From UHGV virus genome UHGV-0383422: a DNA stretch of 40,660 nt; one strand, written 5' to 3'. The position numbers were made by a program, and so were the translations under genes. Positions 17,639 through 27,332 of this stretch are shown here, in pieces (the stretch's first letter is position 1; the number at the start of each line of letters is the position of its first letter). Under the pieces are notes generated by a model. That model was not told the DNA's origin and ran no database searches. It saw only the letters and a list, made by a program, of their open reading frames with translations. Origin of the DNA: a virus.

Positions 17639-18102
17639 TATTTTCTCTCCATGTGAAATCTGTGGAAATTAAGACCAAGAGCACCATAAGGCGCGGCTTC
17701 TTCAAGCCTGAATCCAAGCCAGTGCAGCCATGCTTTGGCAACATGGTTTCGCTCGTCGACGTAGTTTTCCAGGCGCGGATAAACTGCCAGCATCTGCTGC
17801 AATACAGGGCGGCAGTGGCGAAGAAATGTCTTCTGATATTTTTCAATACGGCTGGTTCCTACCAGCCAGGGCGTACCATTGCCACCGATCATTGACGCCG
17901 GAGATACGCCAAACATGGTTACCAGTTCTCCGTTCGCAAATCCTGACCAGGCCATAGTCGCAGTACGCAGACCAACACGCAGCGCATCTTCGGTAGTCAT
18001 CAGTGATACCGCATACAGTTCGTCAATATCAGCCTGACGAACATCCGGCAAAATCATCTGAAGATGCTCTTCGGTTGCGGGAATAATTTGAACATCGATC
18101 AT
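17638..18102 (-). CDS. hypothetical protein in structural module
   Basis: 154 aa; translationally coupled to neighbours. Confidence 0.5.
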   Translation of the reverse strand: MIDVQIIPATEEHLQMILPDVRQADIDELYAVSLMTTEDALRVGLRTATMAWSGFANGELVTMFGVSPASMIGGNGTPWLVGTSRIEKYQKTFLRHCRPVLQQMLAVYPRLENYVDERNHVAKAWLHWLGFRLEEAAPYGALGLNFHRFHMERK

Positions 18103-20573
18103 CAGAACCCACCAACAGTAAGGCGAGGAATAACGGCAAGAACAGACAGCGGCAACGGATCAAGCTGACGGATTTTTACACGTCCGTTTTTGCCCCAGTT
18201 ACTGTCCAGTTTCACTTCTACTTTTCCGGTAGCATCATCAACAGGATCATCGTAGAACTCGAATTCACGCTGTGGATATTCGTACCATTTACCGCCGGGC
18301 GTAGTCGCCCAGATGCCGCGACTGGCATTCACAACCAGAGTAACGGACGGGATCACCTGTTTTTTGTCCAGCAGCGTTTCCTGTCCGTTAATGTTGATAT
18401 CCAGTGTTTCGAATTCAGCAGTTATTGGCAGGCCGATGTGCACTACAGCCCCCGGTGATTCCAGCGTGACGGCACATCCGGAAACCACTTTCTGTGGTTC
18501 CACGTTCGCATCAGAGAGAATGTTTACGGTCTGGCCTTCAAGATGAGACAGGCCTCCAAATGTCCGGCGCGCCATCTGCCAGTTCGTGGTGGCCACATTC
18601 CTGAGGGATGGCGGGACGTTCCTGTTAGCACGAACCACTACAGCGGTATTGCTGGTTACAGAAATAATGTCGCAACGTAATTCTTTTGACACCTCATCGC
18701 CAGTATCAGGATCAGTTCCGGTATAAGGGAACTGTAGTTGCGCGCCGACATCACTACTGGTGAAGTACGCACCACCAGAAACACTGATTGTATATTCCGC
18801 GCGGTAATCCCATTCGCCAGAACCACCAGTGATGATCATCGTTCTGTCAGACGTATTTCTTCCATCATAGCTAAGGCCAGAATCAACAAAGAAAGCATCT
18901 TCATCGCTGGTAAATAAACGGCTGGACAGTCGCTCGATGTATCTCACTGTTTGCCCGTTAACGGTTCGGTTAACGACGAAATACACCGCATCTTCATTGC
19001 CTTCGCTGATACTGCATGTGCTTTCATATTTTCCGGTACTGGATTGTGGTGCCCATGCAAAAACCTGCTGATCACGCAAATAGGTCATCACCAGTAATTT
19101 ACCGTCATCACGGATGCAGAAGGCGCTGGAGTAAGGGACTATTGAGAAGCACCAGTCAACAATGCTGTGCTTCTGAAAAAGATGATTGGCAAGGATAGTA
19201 AGGTCGTTCCCCTGATAGCCGTCAACATCGAATGAGTAGGCCAGATCACGGACAACACTGCCTTTCTCCTGGACGAACAGAGCAATATTCGCCACGGCAA
19301 TTGGTGGGACATTGCTCGAGCCATTTGATCCCTGAGAGCTGAATGCAAATGATGATGGGGTAAGCACTTTGTTCTGGTCGCCAGTGATGACGTACTCACC
19401 TCCGGAAGTCAGCGCCACCAGCGAACCAACATCAATCAGGTGACGGATCTCATTAACCTGACGCCCGGCATAGGTGTAGATAATTCTGTCGTCATCCTGC
19501 GTAGGATTGCTTTTGCCAAAATCCTTATAATCCCCAGTACGGCTGGCCCAGATAGTCTGAGGGAACGCAGTCGATGCGGCGAAGTAAAGACGCTGTTGAT
19601 AATAAACAACAGTGCCAGGATAACCATTAACACTGTTCCAGGCATATTTAGCCCATTTATAGCTGGCATTATCCTCGCCAACGACCTGCGAAGGGATATA
19701 GGAAATCACCTCGGCAGTTGCAGTAGTGCCATTTGCAGCAGTGATACGGGCAATGCCAAAACCACTGTGCAGATACTCCCACTCAATGCCAGTATCATCA
19801 TCACCGGATCCGCCCCAGCCATCCCATGATGTGCCTTCTGTATGCGAAGGGCGCAAAGTACCTGTTTTGCCTGCTGTAACGGCGCGATAGTAGTTACTGT
19901 CTGCACGGCGAATATCGCCAATCGACGTACTCTTACTGGTTTCCCATACAGGTACTGAATCCACTGCAGGCTGTTCCAGATAGAACAATTTGCCTACCTG
20001 CTCCGCGCCAAAAATAGAGACGCTTGCCGTTAACGTAATTGTCCCGGTGCTGGCGCTGGCATAAACCGTCACTGACTCATCAATATTGATATCTTCAAAT
20101 GGCCCGTTCTTCGTTACCACATCAACCAGTTGCCAGTTGTCATGCGCATAGCGACGCAACTCTTTCGGCGGGTATGCCGGATGAACAAGCGTAAGCACGT
20201 CTGCGCTTTGCGTGAATTTAATTCGGAACAGATCGGCTTCAGTATATGGCGTGGCAATTTCATAAATAACATTGCTGCTGTTCAGCACCAACGCACCATC
20301 TTTGATAACGCGCATGTACTGGTGTCCGAACTCCAGAGCATAGGTCTGAACCGTCGAGAACTGGAACGGGATCAGGCGGCATTTCCGATTTGGGTATTTG
20401 GCGGCACCGACAAAACGCGTACCAGGTCGATTCTCAACGCCGCCATACTGCCGCACGATAAAGTTATCGCACTTGCGCAATGCCACCTGGTACTTCGCCA
20501 TGTCGATACGTCCGTACAACGACGGTCCAATCTCACCACCAGCAAAGCTGGGCTGGATCCAACTGATAGCCAT
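18102..20573 (-). CDS. large tail/nozzle structural protein
   Basis: 823 aa; position between adaptor-like and internal virion genes. Confidence 0.55.
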   Translation of the reverse strand: MAISWIQPSFAGGEIGPSLYGRIDMAKYQVALRKCDNFIVRQYGGVENRPGTRFVGAAKYPNRKCRLIPFQFSTVQTYALEFGHQYMRVIKDGALVLNSSNVIYEIATPYTEADLFRIKFTQSADVLTLVHPAYPPKELRRYAHDNWQLVDVVTKNGPFEDINIDESVTVYASASTGTITLTASVSIFGAEQVGKLFYLEQPAVDSVPVWETSKSTSIGDIRRADSNYYRAVTAGKTGTLRPSHTEGTSWDGWGGSGDDDTGIEWEYLHSGFGIARITAANGTTATAEVISYIPSQVVGEDNASYKWAKYAWNSVNGYPGTVVYYQQRLYFAASTAFPQTIWASRTGDYKDFGKSNPTQDDDRIIYTYAGRQVNEIRHLIDVGSLVALTSGGEYVITGDQNKVLTPSSFAFSSQGSNGSSNVPPIAVANIALFVQEKGSVVRDLAYSFDVDGYQGNDLTILANHLFQKHSIVDWCFSIVPYSSAFCIRDDGKLLVMTYLRDQQVFAWAPQSSTGKYESTCSISEGNEDAVYFVVNRTVNGQTVRYIERLSSRLFTSDEDAFFVDSGLSYDGRNTSDRTMIITGGSGEWDYRAEYTISVSGGAYFTSSDVGAQLQFPYTGTDPDTGDEVSKELRCDIISVTSNTAVVVRANRNVPPSLRNVATTNWQMARRTFGGLSHLEGQTVNILSDANVEPQKVVSGCAVTLESPGAVVHIGLPITAEFETLDININGQETLLDKKQVIPSVTLVVNASRGIWATTPGGKWYEYPQREFEFYDDPVDDATGKVEVKLDSNWGKNGRVKIRQLDPLPLSVLAVIPRLTVGGF

Positions 20574-21181
20574 CAGGACAACCTCGCAATGGTAAACTCG
20601 TCAACCGGTGGCTGTGGTTCCTGTGATTCATTCTGGCTATGCGAGCCAGCACTAAGAATCACGCGATTGTACATATTGAGAGCAAATGTACCGAGATCCG
20701 CATTCCCAGTCAGCGCCATGTTAATGGCTGCCGCAAGACGCCAGGCCAGCGCCTCCATAAAAATGGCATCAAACATGTTTACATCTGAAACGCGAGAGAC
20801 ATACTTGAGCCATGCCTGAGGCTGGTCTGTGTAGATCAACTTTCCTGTTCCGTTGGTGTCTGCACCAACTTCGTACTGAACGCGCATTGCTGCTGTTGGA
20901 TTGCGTACACCAGGAAGCATAATTTCAGTAATGCGCAGACAATCTGACGGGTACTGGTACGCATATTCCCAGTCAGGCGGTGGATTGCTCGTATCTGCAA
21001 GCGCCACGCGTTTGGTAGCAAAGTTCCAGTCAAAATCAGAAAGCACAGCATCACGGCAGGCCTCAAAGTGCAGCGAACATTCCCCCGCTTCCTTGCTGGC
21101 TTCCGTCAGGCTGTTAATGCTGCGGCTGTTGCCAATATTGGACAGCGCACGATTACAGATCTCTACTACAGAGGCCATCAC
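20573..21181 (-). CDS. head-tail adaptor-like structural protein
   Basis: 202 aa; position; coupled overlaps. Confidence 0.5.
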   Translation of the reverse strand: MMASVVEICNRALSNIGNSRSINSLTEASKEAGECSLHFEACRDAVLSDFDWNFATKRVALADTSNPPPDWEYAYQYPSDCLRITEIMLPGVRNPTAAMRVQYEVGADTNGTGKLIYTDQPQAWLKYVSRVSDVNMFDAIFMEALAWRLAAAINMALTGNADLGTFALNMYNRVILSAGSHSQNESQEPQPPVDEFTIARLS

Positions 21182-21507
21182 TCACCTCCGTTACCGTACA
21201 GAGTTTCAGCCGCTGATTTTTCTACATCCCCGGAAACAGGAGCGATCGCCATATCAGTGATCTGCAGATCGGCGCTGCGATTAACACCATCGTCAGTTTC
21301 TTTGGCAGACAGGCCTCGAATAACAGCCTTTGCAGTTATCATCACTTCTGTTCCGACGCCCTGAGGTTGCGCCTTCAGCTTATTCAATGTGTCGTTATTA
21401 AGAGTGATGCACAGCCCCCACGGGTATTCATCGCGAGTTCTGGTTTCTCCGCTCTCATCCTGGTAGCTGTCAGTGCCGGTTTTGAGGTTTACGAGTTCCA
21501 TATACAC
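21178..21507 (-). CDS. hypothetical virion protein
   Basis: 109 aa; preceded by a UUCG-loop hairpin and AGGAG Shine-Dalgarno. Confidence 0.5.
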   Translation of the reverse strand: MYMELVNLKTGTDSYQDESGETRTRDEYPWGLCITLNNDTLNKLKAQPQGVGTEVMITAKAVIRGLSAKETDDGVNRSADLQITDMAIAPVSGDVEKSAAETLYGNGGE

Positions 21508-21518
21508 TCCTGCAATAA

Positions 21519-21534
21519 AGGGGCCGAAGCCCCT
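21519..21534 (-). other. RNA stem-loop (AGGGGC-UUCG-GCCCCU) between structural genes
   Basis: Six-bp GC stem with UUCG tetraloop on the minus-strand transcript, directly before a ribosome-binding site. Confidence 0.4.
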
Positions 21535-21551
21535 TGTCTGATCCGCGAGGC

Positions 21552-21896
21552 TTACACGCCCAGTTCTTTACGCTTATCTGCGATCTTCTCGCGGAGCGTT
21601 TCGGCTTTGGCGTTATGGTGTGGCTTCTCGTTAAAGAGCAATTCGTACTCTTCACGGAGCTTATCCAGTTCACCATCATCTGACACGTCGTTGATGATTT
21701 TGGTGCTGGTTGCTGCCATTGACACCTTTCCTGCAACTTTTGCTTTTGCCTGTCTGGCTGCATCGTTAACAGGTTCCAGTGCGCTACCAGGCTCACCTTC
21801 GTATTCGATTTCTGCCCCCTCCGGCCACAGAGTGTTATGGATATGAGAGAGGCGCAGAACGCGGTATCTTGGTTTCTCACCTGACATCGATATCAC
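21552..21896 (-). CDS. hypothetical virion protein
   Basis: 114 aa; preferred over overlapping 21470-21880 ORF by coupling to neighbours and composition. Confidence 0.45.
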   Translation of the reverse strand: MISMSGEKPRYRVLRLSHIHNTLWPEGAEIEYEGEPGSALEPVNDAARQAKAKVAGKVSMAATSTKIINDVSDDGELDKLREEYELLFNEKPHHNAKAETLREKIADKRKELGV

Positions 21897-21897
21897 C

Positions 21898-22335
21898 TTA
21901 ACCAGTTACTTTTGAGCGGATCGGATACGGCGTATTGGCATCAACATCAAGACTGATACCAGCAGTGAATTCGCCAGCCGTTAGTGGGCCAGTTGCGACG
22001 GAGTAGTTAACACGCAGATATCGCTGAACACCGGCAGGCACCTTTGCAGAAACAACTCGTTTACCTGCTGTCAGGGCGGTCTTTGCCAGTGCGCCACTAT
22101 CATAAATAGTGGTCCATGAGCTGTTATTCTCACTCGTCTGCAACTGGATGTTTACAGTTGCATCACCGCTTGCTGCGGCGGCTGTGTTAACCAGCGCCCA
22201 AAACTCAAGCGGGTAACCCACGCCGATATCACGACGTTTTCCGTCAATTGGACCGAGATCGATTACGTCAGTAGAAGCCGCGGTATTCGTAACCGCCTGA
22301 GCTTCGGAGAACATCAACAGTTTGTCGGTGATCAT
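21898..22335 (-). CDS. hypothetical virion protein (possible capsid decoration)
   Basis: 145 aa; immediately after major capsid gene. Confidence 0.45.
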   Translation of the reverse strand: MITDKLLMFSEAQAVTNTAASTDVIDLGPIDGKRRDIGVGYPLEFWALVNTAAAASGDATVNIQLQTSENNSSWTTIYDSGALAKTALTAGKRVVSAKVPAGVQRYLRVNYSVATGPLTAGEFTAGISLDVDANTPYPIRSKVTG

Positions 22336-22350
22336 CTTCTTTCTCCATTA

Positions 22351-22370
22351 GTGGGTCTGTTACGACCCAC
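22351..22370 (-). other. stem-loop after major capsid gene (possible attenuator or stability element)
   Basis: Stem GTGGGTC/GACCCAC; no T-run; followed by GGAGAAAG Shine-Dalgarno of next gene. Confidence 0.4.
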
Positions 22371-22386
22371 AGGTTAATAACAGGCG

Positions 22387-23379
22387 TTACACCACGCGGG
22401 CTTCTGTTTCCAGAAGCGCATCAGTTTCACGGATTGGTACACCACGGAATGAAGTCCACCACTCGCCTTCTGTCTCTTTTACGCTGATAGCCAGAGATGT
22501 TTTCTCCAGAGACTGCAGATCAAGAGCCTGGCCTACAGTGCGGTTCATGTAGAACACCGGGCGGCCCATGCCACGGTTTGGAATGCGATGTAGTGCTTTA
22601 ACCATCAACTTCGCAATATTTGCGGCAGAGGATGGTTCTGAAAGATTGCTGACATCGATGTTTGCAATGCGAACAACATAACGCCAGTCACGCAGAGCAA
22701 GTCCGTTATCCCATTTGTAATGGGTGCGATAGCCTTCGTACTTGCCGCCATTAGCATCTTCCAGTGTCACCTGGCCTTTATCTTCCATCTGGATGCCAGC
22801 CTTCTGCCCTTTCGGGAAGATGCCATGCACGGTGTTTTCGCCCCACACCACTAACCAGATTGAGGTGTTATCTGTACCCGTGCCACCAGCATCAATGATG
22901 TTCTGAGCATTACCCGCAGACAGGCTGGAATAGCGGGAGGACAGTCCCATAAACTGCTGAGGGTTAACGCTGGAATCACCATAAAACAGCGTCTGCGCCA
23001 TCTGCTGATTCATCGCTTCAATAAATGCGCGGTCTTCAGACAGGCGGAATTCGGCGGTATTGCCGTTCAGATCAGCCAGTGACTTATCGACTTCCGCATA
23101 GGTTTCCAGCATGCCAACGGAATCGGTTACCTGCACTGTGGTTGATTTGCTTGGCTGTACGCCATAGTTCAGCAAACGCCAGGTAGCTGAAGGTAAACCA
23201 GAACGAATGGTGGTTCGGTGTCCGGTAGGAAGGTTCCCTTCGACAAAAGGCATATCCTGAAGGATCGGGTTAGTTTGACCGAGAAGCTCGATAATCTTAT
23301 CGACTTTCCCGTTTGGATCGACGCGCTTACCCCAGTCAGCCAGCGTTAGCGCAGTTAAGCCTTTAACAGCCATTGTCAT
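22387..23379 (-). CDS. major capsid protein
   Basis: 330 aa; directly after the scaffolding gene. Confidence 0.75.
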   Translation of the reverse strand: MTMAVKGLTALTLADWGKRVDPNGKVDKIIELLGQTNPILQDMPFVEGNLPTGHRTTIRSGLPSATWRLLNYGVQPSKSTTVQVTDSVGMLETYAEVDKSLADLNGNTAEFRLSEDRAFIEAMNQQMAQTLFYGDSSVNPQQFMGLSSRYSSLSAGNAQNIIDAGGTGTDNTSIWLVVWGENTVHGIFPKGQKAGIQMEDKGQVTLEDANGGKYEGYRTHYKWDNGLALRDWRYVVRIANIDVSNLSEPSSAANIAKLMVKALHRIPNRGMGRPVFYMNRTVGQALDLQSLEKTSLAISVKETEGEWWTSFRGVPIRETDALLETEARVV

Positions 23380-23387
23380 TTCCTCTC

Positions 23388-24089
23388 TTATTTGCCATAG
23401 AGCACTTCGGCCGCACTACGCTGGCCTTCATTACCACCGGTGACCATGCCATCTTCAGACATCGCCTTTCCGATTTTCACGAACGTTTTGACCAGATCAG
23501 GGTGATTACCCAGCCCGGTGGTGTTCAGATATTCTTTGAGTTCAGGTGTCCCGAACTGGTCAAGCGCACGCTGTGCGGCGCTAAGGTTAGAAATCAACTT
23601 GTCGCCACCGATTTCTTTGTCGGCTTTTACATCCGCAGCCCACTGCTCGGTTGTTTTCTGCCAGGCTTCTGCCTGGCGCTGCTGAACACCTGCCAGAATC
23701 TTCGGATAAGCATCAACCAGCTTTTGCGCTTGCTCGTTGGTCAGGTTTAGTTCTCGCGCCACCGGCTCGAATTCCTTCAACGCTTCTGTATCCAGCTCTA
23801 CGCCTTCGGCAGCCTGAAACTCGTACTTTTCAGGCGCACCCTCTGGTTTATCGCCGTCCTTTTTTTCATCCTGCTTATCGTTTTCAGGCTTTTTGTCATC
23901 AGCAGGTTTATCGCCATCAGCAACAGGTTGTGGCTTATCACCTTCCTGTTGTGATGGATCACCAACTGGAGCAGGGTTATCACCTGCAGGCGCTGACGGT
24001 TCTGACGCAGCCGGAGCTGCTCCACCATCGACTGGTTGCTCATTGCAAAGACGGCGATACAGCAAACGCTCAAATAAATTCATGATCAC
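23388..24089 (-). CDS. head scaffolding protein
   Basis: 233 aa; Pro/Asp/Lys-rich acidic low-complexity N-terminal half; between portal and capsid. Confidence 0.7.
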   Translation of the reverse strand: MIMNLFERLLYRRLCNEQPVDGGAAPAASEPSAPAGDNPAPVGDPSQQEGDKPQPVADGDKPADDKKPENDKQDEKKDGDKPEGAPEKYEFQAAEGVELDTEALKEFEPVARELNLTNEQAQKLVDAYPKILAGVQQRQAEAWQKTTEQWAADVKADKEIGGDKLISNLSAAQRALDQFGTPELKEYLNTTGLGNHPDLVKTFVKIGKAMSEDGMVTGGNEGQRSAAEVLYGK

Positions 24090-24382
24090 TCCTGTTCACT
24101 GGCCTCTTTGGCCATCTTCAAATACTGTTCAGGGCAATGCGCCATAACGCGCTGAAACAGTTCCAGCGCCAGATTGCGTTGCCCCTCATTAAATGCCATT
24201 GCCATAGCATCCATCGGAGAGATAGCGGAAAACACCCGGCCTTTCTCCAGCACCGACCAGACAACGCGACGCCCCTGTTCACTGCTCATGACAAAGCGAA
24301 TGTCATCAATTTCACGCTGTGCCATGTCACGTTGCTTACGGGCGTTTTCTTCTTTCAGTTGATCGTCTTCGAAATCTGTCAT
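24086..24382 (-). CDS. hypothetical head-morphogenesis protein
   Basis: 98 aa; coupled between portal and scaffold. Confidence 0.5.
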   Translation of the reverse strand: MTDFEDDQLKEENARKQRDMAQREIDDIRFVMSSEQGRRVVWSVLEKGRVFSAISPMDAMAMAFNEGQRNLALELFQRVMAHCPEQYLKMAKEASEQE

Positions 24383-26058
24383 TGTGATTGCCCACCCTGA
24401 CCACTAACTGCATTCGCCATAGCTGACAAAACACTCGGATCCGAAGTTTTAGCTTCGCTTAGCGTCTTGGCACCCTGTGCCGCCGCCATCCCCATCGCCA
24501 TCATTTGTTGCTGCTGTTGTTGCTGTGCCCGTTGCTGGCGAGCCTGCTCAACCTGTTCCTGCGGAACAATGACGGTTGGAGACACTCCGGACATATCAGC
24601 GAATGCATCGATCGCCTGATCAACGTTGAGTTTGTCGAGAGCTTCTGGTTTCGCTTGCGCAAGTTGACCAATGAAGTTAACCGTGGACGCCAGACTGGAC
24701 AGGCCGATAGACTTCTGCGCCTGAGCCATGACGGAAATGTATTCGACCTTCAGGGGCATGCCTTCCATCGCGTCAGGCGGTGTCGGCAGCATGTTTTTAC
24801 GCACCATCATCGAGAAAGCGCGGTCAATGAGAGGATTAAGACATTCGTCGTTCAGACGCTCCAGAACCGGCCCCAACATCAGAAGTTTTTCTTCTTTCAT
24901 TTCGATCACCGCTTCAACAGGCATCGAGCGGGTATTGATGTTCTGCAACATCATGAACAGATCGACAAAGTAGGCGCTGTTAATGATTTGACGGGTGTCC
25001 TGAATGTCTGCCACCAAATCTGCTGTACTGGGGTTAACCAGATAAGCAGGCCTGAAACCATCCTGACCAGTAATCTGATCGATATACGTGATGTCGCCAG
25101 GAAGAAGGGAGGCACGCTGATTCTTGAGGGAAGTCGGAGCAACCATCGGCGGATTGGTGGCTTTATCAATCAACTGCGACTTGCGCTTCTGGAGAAGCTG
25201 CAATGCCTTAACAGGTCCAAGCGCCAGCATACCCGGGCATGATGATCCATAAACATCTTCGCCGTTAACTTCCCAGCGCGGAGCCATAATTGGAAACTCA
25301 TCGAATCCGGACTCACGCAACAACTTGTCGTTATCGCCACCAACCTCGTAATAAACCGATTTGAATGGCTTGTTCTTGCTATCCAGCTTCGATGTATCGC
25401 GGTCAATGTTCGGGTAAACCGAATGCATCACTTCAATCCACTTCTCGTAGGTGCCGCTTTCCCACATGCTTTTTACGGATTCGCTGACGTTATTTAGCCC
25501 GAACTCCTGAACAAGCTGACGAACAGTCATAGAGAACTTGCGAAAACAGGTGTCCACACTGCCACGAGGTGAGTTAGCCAGGTAGTAACTGCCTATCGGG
25601 AATGGCATTGTGCGAATGATGTCCTCGTCATCCTCCAGCACCGCCATTGCACCAGTGCTGTATGTGCCGAGGCTTCCGTATAACTGCGGAAGAGACTGGT
25701 AGAGATTCGACTTATTGAACATATCGTTCATGCGGTTCTGAACTGCCTCAAGCCACAACTTAACAGGGCCATAGTCCATCATTTCAGGATCTGGCGTAGC
25801 CAGGCGAAACCACGGACGGGCGGGGCTTGTTATGCCTGACATCATGCCGCTGGCAAGAGTGCGCGCCGCCATAGTCCCGGTCGAATCAATAATGCGTGTA
25901 TTGCGTCGATCGTTACGGTTAACCTCAGAAGTCAGAAAGCGGGAACCACGCGGGTTGATGTAATCACTCAACTCGCGCCAGTGCGGCTCGAACGACTGAC
26001 GCTCGCTTTCAAGTTGTGCGAACTGTTTGTTCAATCGCTCTTTAGTTGTTTCCGCCAT
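24379..26058 (-). CDS. portal protein
   Basis: 559 aa; poly-Gln/Ala C-terminal tail; position next to terminase and scaffold. Confidence 0.8.
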   Translation of the reverse strand: MAETTKERLNKQFAQLESERQSFEPHWRELSDYINPRGSRFLTSEVNRNDRRNTRIIDSTGTMAARTLASGMMSGITSPARPWFRLATPDPEMMDYGPVKLWLEAVQNRMNDMFNKSNLYQSLPQLYGSLGTYSTGAMAVLEDDEDIIRTMPFPIGSYYLANSPRGSVDTCFRKFSMTVRQLVQEFGLNNVSESVKSMWESGTYEKWIEVMHSVYPNIDRDTSKLDSKNKPFKSVYYEVGGDNDKLLRESGFDEFPIMAPRWEVNGEDVYGSSCPGMLALGPVKALQLLQKRKSQLIDKATNPPMVAPTSLKNQRASLLPGDITYIDQITGQDGFRPAYLVNPSTADLVADIQDTRQIINSAYFVDLFMMLQNINTRSMPVEAVIEMKEEKLLMLGPVLERLNDECLNPLIDRAFSMMVRKNMLPTPPDAMEGMPLKVEYISVMAQAQKSIGLSSLASTVNFIGQLAQAKPEALDKLNVDQAIDAFADMSGVSPTVIVPQEQVEQARQQRAQQQQQQQMMAMGMAAAQGAKTLSEAKTSDPSVLSAMANAVSGQGGQSQ

Positions 26059-26072
26059 TTCAATGACTCCGG

Positions 26073-26279
26073 TTACTGACCAAGCAGCGTTTTACCGCTG
26101 GTATTAGCGGTTGATGTGTCGCCCTGAGAACCGGTAAGCAGCGTAGAACTACGACCAGCAGCAGCGCGACGGCGACGAGTTTCTTCGTCGCGGGCATCAA
26201 CAACGGCGGCATCCTGCTCCTGTGGTGCTGCCTGAACTTCTGGTGTTGCAGGCACTGATGGTGAGCTACCCATGCACAT
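26073..26279 (-). CDS. hypothetical small protein upstream of portal
   Basis: 68 aa, low complexity; shares the GGAGTCATTGA ribosome-binding segment with the portal gene. Confidence 0.4.
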   Translation of the reverse strand: MCMGSSPSVPATPEVQAAPQEQDAAVVDARDEETRRRRAAAGRSSTLLTGSQGDTSTANTSGKTLLGQ

Positions 26280-26367
26280 ATCAATGACTCCGTACGCAAT
26301 TAAATTATTACCAATTTAACCATATATGATTTATTTATCGTAGGTAGTTGACATTTAACGCACAAAT

Positions 26368-26384
26368 TATTACCTTTCAGGTAA
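26368..26384. promoter_or_regulatory. operator-like palindrome ATTACCT-TTC-AGGTAAC
   Basis: Dispersed motif family member, in the terminase-portal accessory island. Confidence 0.45.
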
Positions 26385-26706
26385 CCAAAGAGTTCATTCC
26401 GGTTACTAACCTGACTGGCTTGTCGTTAAATTGAACAGGTGGAGTGAGCTTTTATTTTGAGCAGTACGGCGTATGGCACATGCGCCGATAGCGGTCTGGA
26501 TACGTTTAAGGGGCACCCTCCCTTGCTCGGGCAAACGAACCAGGTAGCCGGAATGTGCAAGTCGAGCGGTTTTATTCCGCGCACGGGGATTCACCATCCC
26601 GGCGATTCGGTGTGACGCCTCGGAAGAGACGAGGGTACAACGATGAGAGCATTTATGGAGCCGCGACAAAGTGTGGCGCCTTAACAGGCTAAGTGCTCTC
26701 AGCGTT

Positions 26707-26783
26707 GTGGCATTAGCTCAGTTGGACAGAGCAACCGCCTTCTAAGCGGTTGGTCGCAGGTTCGAATCCTGCATGCCACGCCA
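26707..26783 (+). tRNA. tRNA-Arg (anticodon UCU)
   Basis: Folded by hand: acceptor GTGGCAT/ATGCCAC, D-arm GCTC/GAGC, anticodon stem ACCGC/GCGGT with loop CTTCTAA (anticodon TCT), T-arm GCAGG-TTCGAAT-CCTGC, discriminator G and CCA. Confidence 0.9.
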
Positions 26784-26826
26784 GAATCACGCCTAAGGAC
26801 CGTGATGCCAGAAGTTCCAGGTGCTT

Positions 26827-26868
26827 GGCGGTGATGGTTTCCCTTGAAGGACTATCACCGCCCTTTTT
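26827..26868 (+). terminator. hairpin terminator downstream of tRNA
   Basis: Stem GGCGGTGAT/ATCACCGCC followed by CTTTTT. Confidence 0.55.
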
Positions 26869-26946
26869 ACAGCAGGACGCCATTGCGATGACTTCATGCT
26901 GTAAACCAGTACAGCCACGGAAGGCATAACTCATTGCTTCCAGTTC

Positions 26947-26971
26947 GCCCGGTTCGTCCGGGCATTTTTTT
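26947..26971 (+). terminator. rho-independent terminator
   Basis: Stem GCCCGG/CCGGGC with TTCGT loop followed by ATTTTTTT; next ATG only 13 nt downstream. Confidence 0.65.
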
Positions 26972-26983
26972 AAGGTGAAAATC

Positions 26984-27316
26984 ATGAAAGAGAAGACTGC
27001 AGCTGAGCGCTATGCCGCAGCTATCAATGCCGCGATGGCGATTGTAAACCTGCGTGAAGAGATTAAAGATCTCCTTGCAATTATCCATAACAACCTGACA
27101 TGTACAGAGTTGCTTGGCGGTCAGTACAACGGTGAGGCGGTGAAGGAGGCATTTAAAAATGCCGAGGTAGGAATAATTCCAGCAAACTATGTCAAGGCTG
27201 AATGTGTGCTCCTAAAGGCACGAGTGAGTCTGCATGAAGATCCTGGTAATCTCGGTCGAACTGCAATGCGTTACGTGATAGACGAGTCGAATGCCAAACA
27301 CAATCTACCGAAATAA
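26984..27316 (+). CDS. hypothetical protein (110 aa), accessory gene
   Basis: ATG at 26984 with AAGGTGA Shine-Dalgarno; convergent with large terminase; palindrome copy just after the stop. Confidence 0.55.
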   Translation: MKEKTAAERYAAAINAAMAIVNLREEIKDLLAIIHNNLTCTELLGGQYNGEAVKEAFKNAEVGIIPANYVKAECVLLKARVSLHEDPGNLGRTAMRYVIDESNAKHNLPK

Positions 27317-27320
27317 CACC

Positions 27321-27332
27321 GTGACATGTCAC
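27321..27332. repeat. 12-bp perfect palindrome GTGACATGTCAC (copy 2 of 3)
   Basis: Exact palindrome four nt after the stop of 26984-27316. Confidence 0.6.

Noticed and set aside
17638-18102. Possible GNAT acetyltransferase among virion genes
   Set aside because: The C-terminal WLHWLGFRLE is faintly GNAT-like but no acetyl-CoA-binding motif is seen; left as hypothetical.
10707-25406. Many antisense or out-of-frame listed ORFs inside the large structural genes (for example 13550-14026, 16412-16897, 20130-20819, 24505-25242)
   Set aside because: They lie fully within longer, translationally coupled genes on the opposite strand or another frame, lack ribosome-binding sites and have biased composition.
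26406-26985. Listed minus-strand ORFs 26406-26669 and 26713-26985
   Set aside because: They overlap the tRNA-Arg gene and terminator hairpins and translate to Arg/Ser/His-rich sequence that does not look like protein; treated as non-coding.
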